From NCBI GenBank assembly GCA_026417575.1, contig JAOACZ010000128.1:5127-69126 (forward strand): a DNA stretch of 64,000 nucleotides, read 5' to 3'. A model generated the notes under the pieces. It saw nothing but the letters and a program-made list of their open reading frames with translations. It did not search any database and had not been told where the DNA came from. Shown piece by piece: positions 9,444-19,445 of this stretch. A program made the position numbers and the translations under genes. Within the stretch, counting starts at the first letter, position 1. Each line of letters begins with the position of its first letter. This DNA is from a bacterium. Lineage in GTDB: Bacteria > Auribacterota > UBA3054 > JAPLST01.

Positions 9444-10172
9444 ATGGATCGTTTCTTTTGGCTCGCTCCATGTGCTCTGCTTCCCTTTAGTGCCAACGCC
9501 GCAGCACCCTTCCCCAGCGATGACATCACCACATCAGTAGGTGTGGTGCGCATTTCGTTCCTGGGGCACGGCACCCTCATGCTCACGCATGGTCAAACGG
9601 TCATCCACGTGGATCCGTTTGGGCAGGTGGCTGATTACGCGTCGTTGCCCAAAGCCGATCTTATTCTCATTACACACGAACATTTCGACCATCTCGATCT
9701 GGCCGCAATCAAGAAAATTCGTACCGACAAAACGGCCATCATTGCTCCACCCATCTGTGCGAGCAGCCTGCCTGAAGCAATCCTGCTGCGCAACGGCGAG
9801 CACACCACCAAAGCCGGTATTGTCATCCACGCCGTGCCGGCGTACAACATCAAGCATGAACGTGCGCCTGGCAAACCGTTCCACCCACGCGGCGTGGGGA
9901 ACGGCTACATCCTCACCTTTGGTGACACTCGTCTTTACATCGCCGGTGATACGGAAAACACACCCGAAATGAAAGCTCTGACCAACATCACGGTCGCTTT
10001 TCTCCCAATGAACTTACCCTACACGATGACACCCGAAATGGTTGCCGACGCGGCGCGGGCATTCAAGCCAAAAATTCTCTATCCATATCATTACGGCGAT
10101 ACAGATCCAACACGGCTGACAAAGCTGCTGAAAGACACGGGCATTGAGGTGCGGATTCGCCCGATGCGATGA
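9444..10172 (+). CDS. MBL-fold metallo-hydrolase with signal peptide
   Basis: 242 aa. N-terminal signal-like MDRFFWLAPCALLPFSANAAAP and the HxHxDH motif HEHFDHLD. Confidence 0.8.
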   Translation: MDRFFWLAPCALLPFSANAAAPFPSDDITTSVGVVRISFLGHGTLMLTHGQTVIHVDPFGQVADYASLPKADLILITHEHFDHLDLAAIKKIRTDKTAIIAPPICASSLPEAILLRNGEHTTKAGIVIHAVPAYNIKHERAPGKPFHPRGVGNGYILTFGDTRLYIAGDTENTPEMKALTNITVAFLPMNLPYTMTPEMVADAARAFKPKILYPYHYGDTDPTRLTKLLKDTGIEVRIRPMR

Positions 10173-11650
10173 GCAGCGCCACGGTCATTTTTCCGCACCA
10201 GTTGTTCGCAGACCATCCCGGGTTAGATCGTGGGCGGCGCATCGTTCTGGTTGAAGATCAGCTCTTCTTTCGTGATTGGCGGTACCCCGCGCGGTTTCAC
10301 AAGCACAAGTTGATCCTCCATCGCGCGAGTATGCGCGCCTACGCCACCCTGCTGCGCCAGCGTGGCTACGATGTCAGCTACCTTGAGTATGCGCCGGACC
10401 GCGAAATGTCCTATTTGTTTGCGCCTTTGCGCCGCGCAGGTGTGACTGAGATAGTCGTCGCGGAGGTGTGTGACTTCATGTTGGAAAAACGCGTGCGCCG
10501 CTACGCTAGGCAACACGGCATACGCATTACCGAGCTGTCGTCCCCTGGGTTTCTCACCCCACGTGATTGGCTGCTCAACCGACTACAAGGCAAGCAGCGC
10601 CTCAGCCTGACATCTTTCTACATTGCTCAGCGCAAACGTATGGGCATCTTGTTGGATAACGGCAAGCCACGCGGCGGCCGCTGGACGTATGACACCGCGA
10701 ATCGCCAACCGCTGCCCAAGAACCTTCCTGTTCCCCCACTTCCAACTATCTCGCCCTGCCCAGAGGTACGCGCGGCGATAGCCTACGTCACTCAGCACTG
10801 GCCTGACCACCCGGGTGAACCGTCGGCATTTTGGCTTCCGATCACACACGCAGCTGCAGCACAATGGCTCCAGCACTTTCTAGAACACCGTGTGATGCTG
10901 TTCGGCCCTTACCAAGACGCCATGCGTCGGGAGGAGCCTTTCCTCTTTCACTCAGTTCTCTCACCTCTGCTCAACATCGGCTTACTCACGCCCACCCAAG
11001 TGCTCGAGGCCGTGATAGCCGCCGCGCGTGAAAAGGATGTACCCCTTCCATCATTGGAGGGCTTCATCCGTCAGTTGATAGGTTGGCGTGAATTCGTCCG
11101 CGGCGTTTATCTTTTGCACGGCGTACGCCAGCGCACCAGTAATCACTGTGCTTCCACGCGGCCTATGCCAAGCGCGTTCTATCACGGAACTACGGGCCTC
11201 CTGCCCTTTGACACTGTCGTCGCGCGCGTGCAACGCCTGGCCTATTCTCATCACATTGAACGACTTATGATATTGGGGAACCTCATGCTGCTCTGTGGCA
11301 TTCATCCTGACGCAGTTTATACCTGGTTTATGGAGCTGTTCCTGGATGCCTACGATTGGGTCATGGTCCCAAACGTGTACGGCATGAGCCAGTATGCCGA
11401 TGGTGGCTTAATGACCACAAAACCCTACGTGTGCAGTTCACGCTATATCCGCAGGATGAGTGATTATCCTCGCGGTGCCTGGTGTGAAGTGTGGGATGCG
11501 CTCTACTGGCAGTTTATTGATCGGCAGCGCGCCACCCTGGAGGGCAGCCCGCGCACCGCAGTGATGCCGCGCATGTACGATCGGTTTACACCTTCGCGCC
11601 GAGCCGAGCTTGCACGCAAAGCAGAACAATTTCTCGCGCAGCTTACGTAA
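10169..11650 (+). CDS. Cryptochrome/photolyase-family protein, FeS-BCP/(6-4) photolyase PhrB-like (COG3046 type)
   Basis: 493 aa. N-terminus MSSATVIFPHQLF...HKHKLILHRASMRAY is typical of photolyase-related COG3046. The C-terminal Cys pattern TKPYVCSSRYIRRMSDYPRGAWC matches the Fe-S cluster region as I recall it. ATGA overlap with the MBL gene. Confidence 0.7.
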   Translation: MSSATVIFPHQLFADHPGLDRGRRIVLVEDQLFFRDWRYPARFHKHKLILHRASMRAYATLLRQRGYDVSYLEYAPDREMSYLFAPLRRAGVTEIVVAEVCDFMLEKRVRRYARQHGIRITELSSPGFLTPRDWLLNRLQGKQRLSLTSFYIAQRKRMGILLDNGKPRGGRWTYDTANRQPLPKNLPVPPLPTISPCPEVRAAIAYVTQHWPDHPGEPSAFWLPITHAAAAQWLQHFLEHRVMLFGPYQDAMRREEPFLFHSVLSPLLNIGLLTPTQVLEAVIAAAREKDVPLPSLEGFIRQLIGWREFVRGVYLLHGVRQRTSNHCASTRPMPSAFYHGTTGLLPFDTVVARVQRLAYSHHIERLMILGNLMLLCGIHPDAVYTWFMELFLDAYDWVMVPNVYGMSQYADGGLMTTKPYVCSSRYIRRMSDYPRGAWCEVWDALYWQFIDRQRATLEGSPRTAVMPRMYDRFTPSRRAELARKAEQFLAQLT

Positions 11651-12107
11651 CTTTTCCAACACTTCAGTCGGTTTTCGGCCAGAAGCACGCACCGCATGAC
11701 CTCTGCGCGGTTCGCTACGGCACAAAGTGTGGTGTCCCGCACTTTGACAGAGCTGACGCCGTGCTGCTAGGAATAAGAGTGTGTGTCGCACATCACATTA
11801 GGATAAGAATGTTCCTCCGACACTCAGAGGTTTTGGCACCGCTGATCCGTGTTGATCACGAGCGTGGGGTACACATGCTGCGTATTTACCCTGACAGTCC
11901 CCGGTGCCTCTTTTCGGCAGGCACACATACCCTCACTTATTCTCGGACCGCGCATCAGACGCAGAACTGGAGTGTGTCTGTTTTGGCCCGCAGCAGACGC
12001 AGGGGGTTCCAGATACCGCTACCGGGTAGTGTAGGAACGCAGTCCGAGGGCTGTGAAGCCCTGGAGGCTGCAACCTGTTGATGATGCTCTAACGCCAAAG
12101 CACTGAT

Positions 12108-13028
12108 TCACGCGCGGGTCTGCGCGCGCATAGGCGCGACAGCAAAGCCATTCGGAAACTCCTCTGAGAGTTGGTATTCGGCGACCCGTTCACAGAATTT
12201 CAAGTACTCAATACCGTCCTTCGCTGCCGTGTCGGCATCGGGGATCATGGGCGCGCTTTCAATCGTGCAGTAGCCTGTGTAGTTGATTTTTTTTAAGGCG
12301 CGCATGACGGCCTTGAAATCCACTGTGCCATACCCCGGGGTCAGTGAGTTCGAGTCGCGGAAGTGTACATGCCAGAGCAGATCGCCCGCGTCCATCACAG
12401 CTTCGTAAGGATTGAGCTCTTCAAAGTTAGCGTGAAACCAGTCAAGTTGGATGCCGATATTGTCACATCCGGTGGCACGGATCATGCGGCGGTGGTTCAT
12501 GGCGGTGTTGACATATTTGCCCATCTCCAAATGGTTGGTGGCCTCAAAGACGAGGCGCACGCCGCAGGTGCGCGCGTACTCGGCCATGCGGCGCAAGGCA
12601 TCCACCGCGATGGCGGTACACGCGGCCACATTGTCCGCAGTGATGTCGGCATGAATGGCCGCGGCGACCGTGACCAGGGGCGCACCCACTTCGGCGGCAA
12701 AATCAATCGAGGTTTTTGTTTCCGCCACCGCCAACTCGGCCGTTCGTGGTTCCGTGAGCGTTTTGAAGGTTGGCGAATAGGGATCCCACATCGCGCCCCA
12801 GCATTCATTAATGCAAGAGATCTCCATGCCGAATTCCTGTTTGAGCGCGCGGTGGGTGCGGGCATAGGCCGCCATGCTGACGCCCATCCCATAGCGTCCT
12901 TTCGGCGGCGTGAGTTCGATGGCATCATAGCCGAATTTCTTCAGGCGCTGATACGTCCGTTCCGGATGCAGGTAGGTTTCTTCCTGCCCGAAAGTCAACT
13001 GAAAATAGGAGTATTTGAAGGGCGGCAT
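12108..13028 (-). CDS. Sugar phosphate isomerase/epimerase (xylose isomerase-like TIM barrel)
   Basis: Start revised to MPPFKYSYFQLTFG... (ATG at 13028), preceded by AAGGAG. The 375-aa version in the track would overlap the upstream gene. Contains ...FGYDAIELTPP..., ...WHVHFRDSN.... Confidence 0.8.
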   Translation of the reverse strand: MPPFKYSYFQLTFGQEETYLHPERTYQRLKKFGYDAIELTPPKGRYGMGVSMAAYARTHRALKQEFGMEISCINECWGAMWDPYSPTFKTLTEPRTAELAVAETKTSIDFAAEVGAPLVTVAAAIHADITADNVAACTAIAVDALRRMAEYARTCGVRLVFEATNHLEMGKYVNTAMNHRRMIRATGCDNIGIQLDWFHANFEELNPYEAVMDAGDLLWHVHFRDSNSLTPGYGTVDFKAVMRALKKINYTGYCTIESAPMIPDADTAAKDGIEYLKFCERVAEYQLSEEFPNGFAVAPMRAQTRA

Positions 13029-13050
13029 AGGTGGCTCCTTATGCGGGCGC

Positions 13051-14463
13051 TTAGTTGTGACGAAACACTTCCCATCCCAGATACTTCTCGGCCGCTTCCG
13101 CCAGGGCTTTTGCCACATGGCCACGCACCATGGCGACGTGATGCTCGAAGCCGTTTTGGCACAGCATGTCCAGCAGCTCCTGCAGGCGTTCCACATAGCA
13201 GACTGCCACGCCACCCACCGTGTCGGTGGGATCATTGGTGAATTCGCCTTCGCCGACGTACATTTTGATCACGCCGCGCGTGTCGTCGGTGGAGATTTTC
13301 AGGAAGGTCATTGGGCCGGGCGCTACATTGCCTTTGACGGCGCCAAAGCAGCGGTCCGCACCTAGGGCTGCGCCGAGAATGTCGAGCGTGCCGATCTCGC
13401 GGATGTGGCCGATGAAACTGCGCGGATAGTTTGAACAGTGGATGTTAATACACTTGTTTTCCTCATCATCGTAGTTGTTATTCCAGTCGAGGTAGCCCGG
13501 GGCATTACCTGTGGCCAGGCGCAGCATGTACATAGAGAGCGCGCCCATAACGTCCGTTTCGCAAGCACACGGCGTACCTTTTTCACCGAGCATGCTCATC
13601 GTGAGACAGGCCGCACAGCCGTAATTGTTCTGAATTGAAGCCCAGCATTGCATTGCGGCGGCGTCGCACTCATTGGCGGTGATCCATTGCTCGACAGCAA
13701 GGGAGAGTTTAGCCTGGCGCAGCAGGTGCTCGCTGGGCGTGCCCGGCGCGACCGGCCCGTAGGCCTGAATTTCGGCCACCCGCTGGCGCACAGCGTCGGT
13801 TTCGCCCATTGCCTGCGCCGCCGCAATAATCTCTGACAAATCCACAGCGCACACGTGCACGCCTGAAGCTTCGAGCAGCTTCTCGGAGAAACGCACGGTA
13901 TTAAATGGATCGGGCCGCTGGCCGATCATGCCAATGCGCGCCGTAGAAATACCCTTGACGATGCGGCAGACAGTGGCGAAGTAGTGCAAATCCGCGGTGA
14001 ACTCTTCGCTAGCAATATCGCACGTGTGGCGCGAGGTGTTGGTGATAGCGAAACCGCGCTGGTATAGATTGTTGCACACGGACAGTTTGCCGCAGAAGGC
14101 GTCGCGCCGGCGCGCCATGTCCATCTGAGCGACGCGGTCGGGGCTGGCCTGCACCATGATCGGCACATCCAAGCCGGCACGGGTGATCGTCTCAACCACG
14201 CCCAGTTCATCGCCGAAATTCGGCAAGAGGACAAGAATTCCGTCAATCTCCTCCGCGTGCTCGCGGAACAGCTTAGCGCAGATCTTGGCATCCGCTACTG
14301 TCTCGATGGCTCCGTGCGGTGTTGCATCTTCGGGTGGCAAAATAGCGCCGTAGCCAAGTTGGGCAAGTTTAGCTAGAATGTCCTTGCGCCCTTGCACGGC
14401 CAACGAGGCCGGGAAAAAGCCACGCGTGCCGACAATAACGCCAAATGTTACCCGTGTTTTCAT
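13051..14463 (-). CDS. L-fucose/L-arabinose isomerase family protein
   Basis: Start revised to MKTRVTFGVIVGTRGFF (ATG at 14463, SD AAGGAG). 470 aa. Contains PCACETDVMGALSMYML, typical of the FucI-like family. Confidence 0.75.
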   Translation of the reverse strand: MKTRVTFGVIVGTRGFFPASLAVQGRKDILAKLAQLGYGAILPPEDATPHGAIETVADAKICAKLFREHAEEIDGILVLLPNFGDELGVVETITRAGLDVPIMVQASPDRVAQMDMARRRDAFCGKLSVCNNLYQRGFAITNTSRHTCDIASEEFTADLHYFATVCRIVKGISTARIGMIGQRPDPFNTVRFSEKLLEASGVHVCAVDLSEIIAAAQAMGETDAVRQRVAEIQAYGPVAPGTPSEHLLRQAKLSLAVEQWITANECDAAAMQCWASIQNNYGCAACLTMSMLGEKGTPCACETDVMGALSMYMLRLATGNAPGYLDWNNNYDDEENKCINIHCSNYPRSFIGHIREIGTLDILGAALGADRCFGAVKGNVAPGPMTFLKISTDDTRGVIKMYVGEGEFTNDPTDTVGGVAVCYVERLQELLDMLCQNGFEHHVAMVRGHVAKALAEAAEKYLGWEVFRHN

Positions 14464-14588
14464 GGGAGACTCCTTGAGGGGTGAAAAGGATGGTGGTGGC
14501 CGCTGCACAAAAAAACGTAGGCAAGAAAAGGCGGTGCGCACGCTCGGTGCGGCGCACGGAGAGACGGCGAGAGAGCACTAGCAGCGCG

Positions 14589-14909
14589 TTATTTTGTCGT
14601 ATCCTCATAATCAAACACGAGCACGGATGCGAGCCCATCTTCTAGCGCTGGGATGACAACATCAGTGGCGAACGCGACGTGCGCCGGGTGCGCCAGGTAG
14701 CGTTCGCGCGCCTCAATGCTGTCAAATTCCACGCGGATACCTTCGCGAAAACCCTTGTCCAAGTTTTCCGTGCTGTTGTTGTACACCCAGCGGAAGCTGC
14801 GGATTTCGGGAATAACGGCTTGCAGTGCGGCAAACTCTTCGCGCAGGCGCTGGAGCGTGGCGGAGTCCAGCTCCCTCTTCCACTTGAAAAACGCGTAGTG
14901 GACAATCAT
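14589..14909 (-). CDS. Dabb (stress-responsive alpha/beta barrel) family protein
   Basis: 106 aa: MIVHYAFFKWKRE...YLAHPAHVAF. ATGA overlap with the upstream VOC gene. Confidence 0.75.
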   Translation of the reverse strand: MIVHYAFFKWKRELDSATLQRLREEFAALQAVIPEIRSFRWVYNNSTENLDKGFREGIRVEFDSIEARERYLAHPAHVAFATDVVIPALEDGLASVLVFDYEDTTK

Positions 14910-15430
14910 GATTCCTCCTTGAATGCCGCCTGTTCTGGCGGCGGGAAGATGCGTTCTGGCGGATTGCGGCGTTTCGGGCGCTCAATCAGTTCGAGTGTGG
15001 TGCCGATCAAGTTTTCCGTGTCCAAATAGGCATAGTGGCCGTCATCGTCGGGGCCGAAACCGGCGCCATCTTGCGTCATCACAAGCCCACACGCGCGCGC
15101 TTGTTCGAGCGCGCGCTGCATATCGTTGGTCAGCACGCCGATGTGATGCACGCCGTAGCCGTGTTTTTTAACGAACTCGGCGTACACGGTGTCGCCTTCC
15201 AACGGTTGAATCAACTCAATGCGCATCGCGCCCACGTTGGCCAGCGCCACGCGCATGCGATACTCGGTCGGCTTGCCGTTGCGGGTCATGCGCTTTACCA
15301 GCGGTTTACCGTAGGTGTAAATGTGCCATGGCCCGACGCCGAACCGTTCCCAGTAATTCCGCACGGCCGCATCTAAGTCCGGGACGATGATTGCAATTTG
15401 CGCAATGTTATCCAATGGAAATGTCCTCAT
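14906..15430 (-). CDS. VOC (glyoxalase/dioxygenase-fold) family protein
   Basis: 174 aa. IAIIVPDLDAAVRNYWERFGVGPW, IELIQPLEG and HHIGV are typical VOC/epimerase-like motifs. Confidence 0.7.
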   Translation of the reverse strand: MRTFPLDNIAQIAIIVPDLDAAVRNYWERFGVGPWHIYTYGKPLVKRMTRNGKPTEYRMRVALANVGAMRIELIQPLEGDTVYAEFVKKHGYGVHHIGVLTNDMQRALEQARACGLVMTQDGAGFGPDDDGHYAYLDTENLIGTTLELIERPKRRNPPERIFPPPEQAAFKEES

Positions 15431-15440
15431 TCCTGACTCC

Positions 15441-16505
15441 TCACGCGCGGCAAGAGCGCTCTACGTGATTGGTGAACACCACTTTCAGCGCGCGGCCTTC
15501 CGTGGCTTCCTTGACGCCGTCGGCAAAGGCGCTGAGTGGAAAACGGTGGGTGACGAGTTTGTCGCCGGGGATGCGGCCGCTGGCCAGCAACTGCAAGGCG
15601 CGCCCGTGATGGCGCGGAGCAAAGATCGTCGTGCCCATCACGTGCAGGGCGTTATAGTGGATCAGGTTGGTATTGAGGCCGGGGCGGCAGCGGTCGGCCG
15701 GCAAGCCGCCGAAGAGCAGTACCCGGCCGCCTTTGCGGGCGATTTCCAGCGCCTGCACTTGCGATTCAGGCGCGGGGTTGGCTGTGATCACGACGTCGGC
15801 GCCACGCCCGCCCGTGATCCGGCGCACCTCTTCAACAAGATCTACCTGCGCTATGTTTATCATGTGGTCAGGATGGAACTGTGTGCACAATTGCAGCCGC
15901 TCCGCAGACACGTCGGCGATAATCACAGTAGTTGCGCCGCGTGCGCGCGCCAACAACAGGTGAAGGCAGCCGACGGGCCCGGCGCCCAGCACCGCCACCG
16001 TGTCGCCCAACCCGACGCTGCCCGTCTCCTGCGCGTGAATGCACGACGATAGCGGCTCGGCCACAGTCGCCACCACCGGGTCGAGCCCGGCAGGAATGCG
16101 CCGAATCGTCCCGCGGTGCACGGCCTCGGCCGGTATGGCCACATATTCCGCAAAACCGCCTGGCCACACTTGCGCAATCTCACGGTAGCCGCTGCACAGC
16201 TCGAACCGTCCTTCCACGCAAAACTCACACACGCCACAATACACAAGCGGCGCAACGGAGAGCAGCTCGCCGCGCTGCCACGGCCCGCTGTACTGCGCGC
16301 CTGTTTCCACTACCACACCGCTAATCTCCTGCCCCACGACAAACGGCAGGGTAACTCGGTGATGGCCGTGACGCAACGTGCGCAAATCGCCGCCACACAG
16401 CCCGCACGCCAGGACCTGCAGCAACAGACCGCCAGCCGGGCAGGCGGGCGTTTCCAGTTCCACCAGCCCGTACTCACCAGGCGCGCGAATCAGAATTGCT
16501 TTCAT
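15441..16505 (-). CDS. Zinc-dependent alcohol/polyol dehydrogenase (MDR family)
   Basis: Start revised to [12 protein letters not shown] (ATG at 16505, ATGA overlap with the upstream stop). Contains [22 protein letters not shown] and GAGPVG. Confidence 0.85.
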   Translation of the reverse strand: MKAILIRAPGEYGLVELETPACPAGGLLLQVLACGLCGGDLRTLRHGHHRVTLPFVVGQEISGVVVETGAQYSGPWQRGELLSVAPLVYCGVCEFCVEGRFELCSGYREIAQVWPGGFAEYVAIPAEAVHRGTIRRIPAGLDPVVATVAEPLSSCIHAQETGSVGLGDTVAVLGAGPVGCLHLLLARARGATTVIIADVSAERLQLCTQFHPDHMINIAQVDLVEEVRRITGGRGADVVITANPAPESQVQALEIARKGGRVLLFGGLPADRCRPGLNTNLIHYNALHVMGTTIFAPRHHGRALQLLASGRIPGDKLVTHRFPLSAFADGVKEATEGRALKVVFTNHVERSCRA

Positions 16506-17794
16506 GCGGGGTGCAACCATTTGTCCTGCTGACGGCGTAATTCAGCGATGAATGTATCTGTGCGTGCCATAAAATTCGCGGTGGTCATCGGCTGGCCTGC
16601 TGGAATATCAGCCGTGGCCCTGCCGCCCGGGGCAAGTCCGATGGGAATCATGCCGCCTAAACGTGCCTCAGCATACGTGTAAATGCGCCCGTAAATGTCG
16701 GCGCTGCCAATACCGCCCACTTGCTCACCTGCGCGAATCGGCCGCTTCGCCACGCACACCACTTCCGCGTGCATTGTCTGCGCCGCCACGGTCACTTCCT
16801 TCAACAGCACCGCCTCGGCGATGGATTGCGGCGTTTCAATGTCGCACAAGTGATACGGGCGGAAGAGCAGATAGTACGGCCCGCGCGCCTTCGTAATGAA
16901 CTCCATGTCCTTGCGCATGCGCGGGCTGTCGGTGTAGACGATGGCAAATACCCCGGGCGCGATGGCGCCAGTCGTGAAGTCCACGCAGCCGCGCCGCGAG
17001 AAGATGCCGCCGTCAGCTTTGGGGATGAATGTGGTCACCAGTTCATCTAATTCAGCCTTCGGGCCGTGCATGCCCGGCACGTCAGGCAACAGCCCGGTGG
17101 CGTTGGCAACTGCGGCCATCTCCACCATCGTCTTGGTGCCGTCTTTGAATGCTGCCAGCATTTTGGGATTCATGTCTTTGGCTGCGGCTTCTGCGGCACA
17201 ACGCTCAGGCGTAGCAGCGAAATCGATCGGATTGTTCTTGCCCTTGCCCAGACAAATCACTTCAAACCCCATCAGCACGGCTTGTTCGTACAGCATGGTA
17301 CACACACCCGGCTCGTCGCCCGAGGCGCCTGTGTACACCGCGCCGCGCGTGCGCGCCAAGTGGCTCAGGTACGCACCCACGGTGACATCCGTCTCAGCAT
17401 TGAGCATGATGATGGGTTTACCGTAATGAATAGATTCGTAGGCCACGCGCGCGCCGATGTCCGGCACGCCTGTGGCTTCCACATTGGCTTCAAGAGCTTC
17501 TAGGCGCGTCAGCAACAACGCGTCGGCCGTCACCAGCCGTTTACCCTGTCGCAGCGCGTCCTGCGCTTCGTTTTCGTTGTCAGTGACAACGATTTCGTCG
17601 CGCGGACACCCCAGCTCGCACAGCGTGTCTATGCCGCGCTGCGGCGCAATGTCGGCAATCGCGGCCACACGCATGCCTTCAACGCGCGCGACTACGTGCG
17701 CCAGCCCCGAACCCATCTGCCCGCAGCCTACAATGCCTACCCGTATCGGATCGTTCTGCCCAGCGCGTGCCCGCAACTTCCGTATCAACTCCAT
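16502..17794 (-). CDS. NAD(P)-binding oxidoreductase with C-terminal SAF domain (COG4091, homoserine-dehydrogenase-like)
   Basis: Start revised to [12 protein letters not shown]...[14 protein letters not shown] (ATG at 17794, SD GAGGAG). 430 aa. Confidence 0.7.
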   Translation of the reverse strand: MELIRKLRARAGQNDPIRVGIVGCGQMGSGLAHVVARVEGMRVAAIADIAPQRGIDTLCELGCPRDEIVVTDNENEAQDALRQGKRLVTADALLLTRLEALEANVEATGVPDIGARVAYESIHYGKPIIMLNAETDVTVGAYLSHLARTRGAVYTGASGDEPGVCTMLYEQAVLMGFEVICLGKGKNNPIDFAATPERCAAEAAAKDMNPKMLAAFKDGTKTMVEMAAVANATGLLPDVPGMHGPKAELDELVTTFIPKADGGIFSRRGCVDFTTGAIAPGVFAIVYTDSPRMRKDMEFITKARGPYYLLFRPYHLCDIETPQSIAEAVLLKEVTVAAQTMHAEVVCVAKRPIRAGEQVGGIGSADIYGRIYTYAEARLGGMIPIGLAPGGRATADIPAGQPMTTANFMARTDTFIAELRRQQDKWLHPA

Positions 17795-17804
17795 GCTACG
17801 CTCC

Positions 17805-19361
17805 TCATATTGAACGTGCCCGCAACCGGGCCAGTTCACGGTAATCCTCTTTGACGTGCTCGTACAACCGCTTGTACAACGCAAAATATTCTTGATACCG
17901 GGCATGCGCCGCCGCATCCGGCTCAAGTGGTTCGACTAGCTCCACCCATTCTTTCGTCACTGAGAAATCCTTAAACACGCCCGTAGCAACACCGGCCAGG
18001 ATGGCATCGCCGTAGGGCGCGCCAACGCGGCTCTTTACCAGCACCGTGGGCACGTTAAACACATCAGTGATGATGCGGCGCCACAGCGCGCTCTTCGCCC
18101 CACCTTCATTCAACACAATCGGTCCACGAATTTGTTGCCCCGCCGCCGTGATGATGCGAAACGAATCGTACAGCGCGTACGCCACGGCCTCCATGGCAGC
18201 GCGCGCCACGTGCCCGCGGGTGTGGTTGAGCGACAGGCCGAAGATCACGGCGCGCGCGTGCACGTCCCAGATGGGTGTGCGCTCGCCCATCAAGAATGGT
18301 AGCATCACCAGCCCGCCGGCGCCGGCCGGCACGGCCGCCGCTTCACGGTTGATCAGCTCATACGTGTCCGTGCCGGTGGTGCGCTCTGCCGCCTTTTCGG
18401 CTAGGTAGAAATTGTCACGCAGGTAGCGCAGAAGCTGCCCGCCAGTCGTAGTCGTCGGTATGGTAACGAACACGGGCTGCTCCACCGTATCGGTCGTGTA
18501 ATTGCACGCAATCATACTGTCATGGAACGTCGGCGCGGTGTGAATAATGCCGAAATTGCCGCACGTGCCAAGATTCATTTGAATGTCACCATCCGCAATG
18601 GCGCCGGCGCCGCTCCAGCCAGCGTTGCAGTCCACCTGGCCGGCGGCCACTGGCGTTCCCGGCGCCAAACCAGTAGCTTCCGCGGCTGCGGCCGTTACTT
18701 CGCCCACCACGGCCGTACACGGATACAGGTCCGGAAACAATTCACGCGGGATGCCCACAGCGTCCAGCATAGGTTGGTTGAAGGTACGACCCAACAAATC
18801 ATACGCCACGCCGTAGAATGCCGCGCCGGAGTAATGCCCCGTGGCCACACCGGTTAGTTTCAGCGTAATGAAGCCGTCAATCGTCAACGCCTTCCACACA
18901 CGGCGAAACTGATCCGGGCGATTATCTCGCTCCCACATCAAGTTGATGATCGAGGGGTGGTCGTCGAGGCGGTTTTTGGTGACCGCGAATACGCGCGCTT
19001 CGCCCAGCAGATCTTTTACAGCCTGCACCTGGCGTGTGGCGCGGCGGTCCATCAGATTGTAGGCATTGCCAATCGGATTGTGCGCGCGGTCCACCATCAC
19101 CAGCGATGGCAGCGCGGACGACACAGCAACGCCACCAATTTCCCGGGCGGGGACACGCGCCTCGGCCAGCACCTGGCGGATCATGCGGCAGGCGGCGTCC
19201 CAGTAGCGTGCTGGCTCATGCTCCGACCAGCCTGGATGTGGTGTGAGAATAGGAAACTCTTCAAACGCGTAGGCACGCGTGCGGCCTTCACAGTCAATCA
19301 GCGCCGCTTTCGCGCCGCCGGTGCCATAGTCCAAGCCGAGTAGGTAGGGTCGCATTGTCAT
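17805..19361 (-). CDS. FGGY-family carbohydrate kinase (xylulokinase-like)
   Basis: 518 aa with N-terminal [16 protein letters not shown] and overall FGGY architecture. Confidence 0.85.
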   Translation of the reverse strand: MTMRPYLLGLDYGTGGAKAALIDCEGRTRAYAFEEFPILTPHPGWSEHEPARYWDAACRMIRQVLAEARVPAREIGGVAVSSALPSLVMVDRAHNPIGNAYNLMDRRATRQVQAVKDLLGEARVFAVTKNRLDDHPSIINLMWERDNRPDQFRRVWKALTIDGFITLKLTGVATGHYSGAAFYGVAYDLLGRTFNQPMLDAVGIPRELFPDLYPCTAVVGEVTAAAAEATGLAPGTPVAAGQVDCNAGWSGAGAIADGDIQMNLGTCGNFGIIHTAPTFHDSMIACNYTTDTVEQPVFVTIPTTTTGGQLLRYLRDNFYLAEKAAERTTGTDTYELINREAAAVPAGAGGLVMLPFLMGERTPIWDVHARAVIFGLSLNHTRGHVARAAMEAVAYALYDSFRIITAAGQQIRGPIVLNEGGAKSALWRRIITDVFNVPTVLVKSRVGAPYGDAILAGVATGVFKDFSVTKEWVELVEPLEPDAAAHARYQEYFALYKRLYEHVKEDYRELARLRARSI

Positions 19362-19379
19362 TGTGTGTCACCGTGGTAT

Positions 19380-19409
19380 TTCCAGGTTCACGGGAGCCTC
19401 TCCCTGGAA
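19380..19409 (-). promoter_or_regulatory. Dyad symmetry in the 5' leader of the sugar operon (operator or RNA hairpin)
   Basis: TTCCAGG (19380-19386) and CCTGGAA (19403-19409) form a perfect 7-bp inverted repeat between the -10 box and the start codon. A competing inner GGGAG/CTCCC hairpin lies at 19392-19404. Confidence 0.4.
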
Positions 19410-19416
19410 GTAGCCC

Positions 19417-19445
19417 ATTTTACAAAATACATCGTAGAATTTCAA
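19417..19445 (-). promoter_or_regulatory. sigma70-type promoter of the seven-gene sugar operon
   Basis: Minus strand reads TTGAAA-17 nt-TAAAAT, about 55 nt upstream of the FGGY start. Confidence 0.55.

Noticed and set aside
12108-13235. Longest-ORF N-terminal extensions: 12108-13235, 13051-14541, 16502-17926, 40525-41958, 61696-62463, 60070-60909, 26704-28779.
   Set aside because: The extensions overlap upstream genes or promoters and translate to Arg/Cys/Pro-rich sequence. Internal ATGs with good SDs or ATGA coupling give family-typical N-termini, so the shorter models were used.
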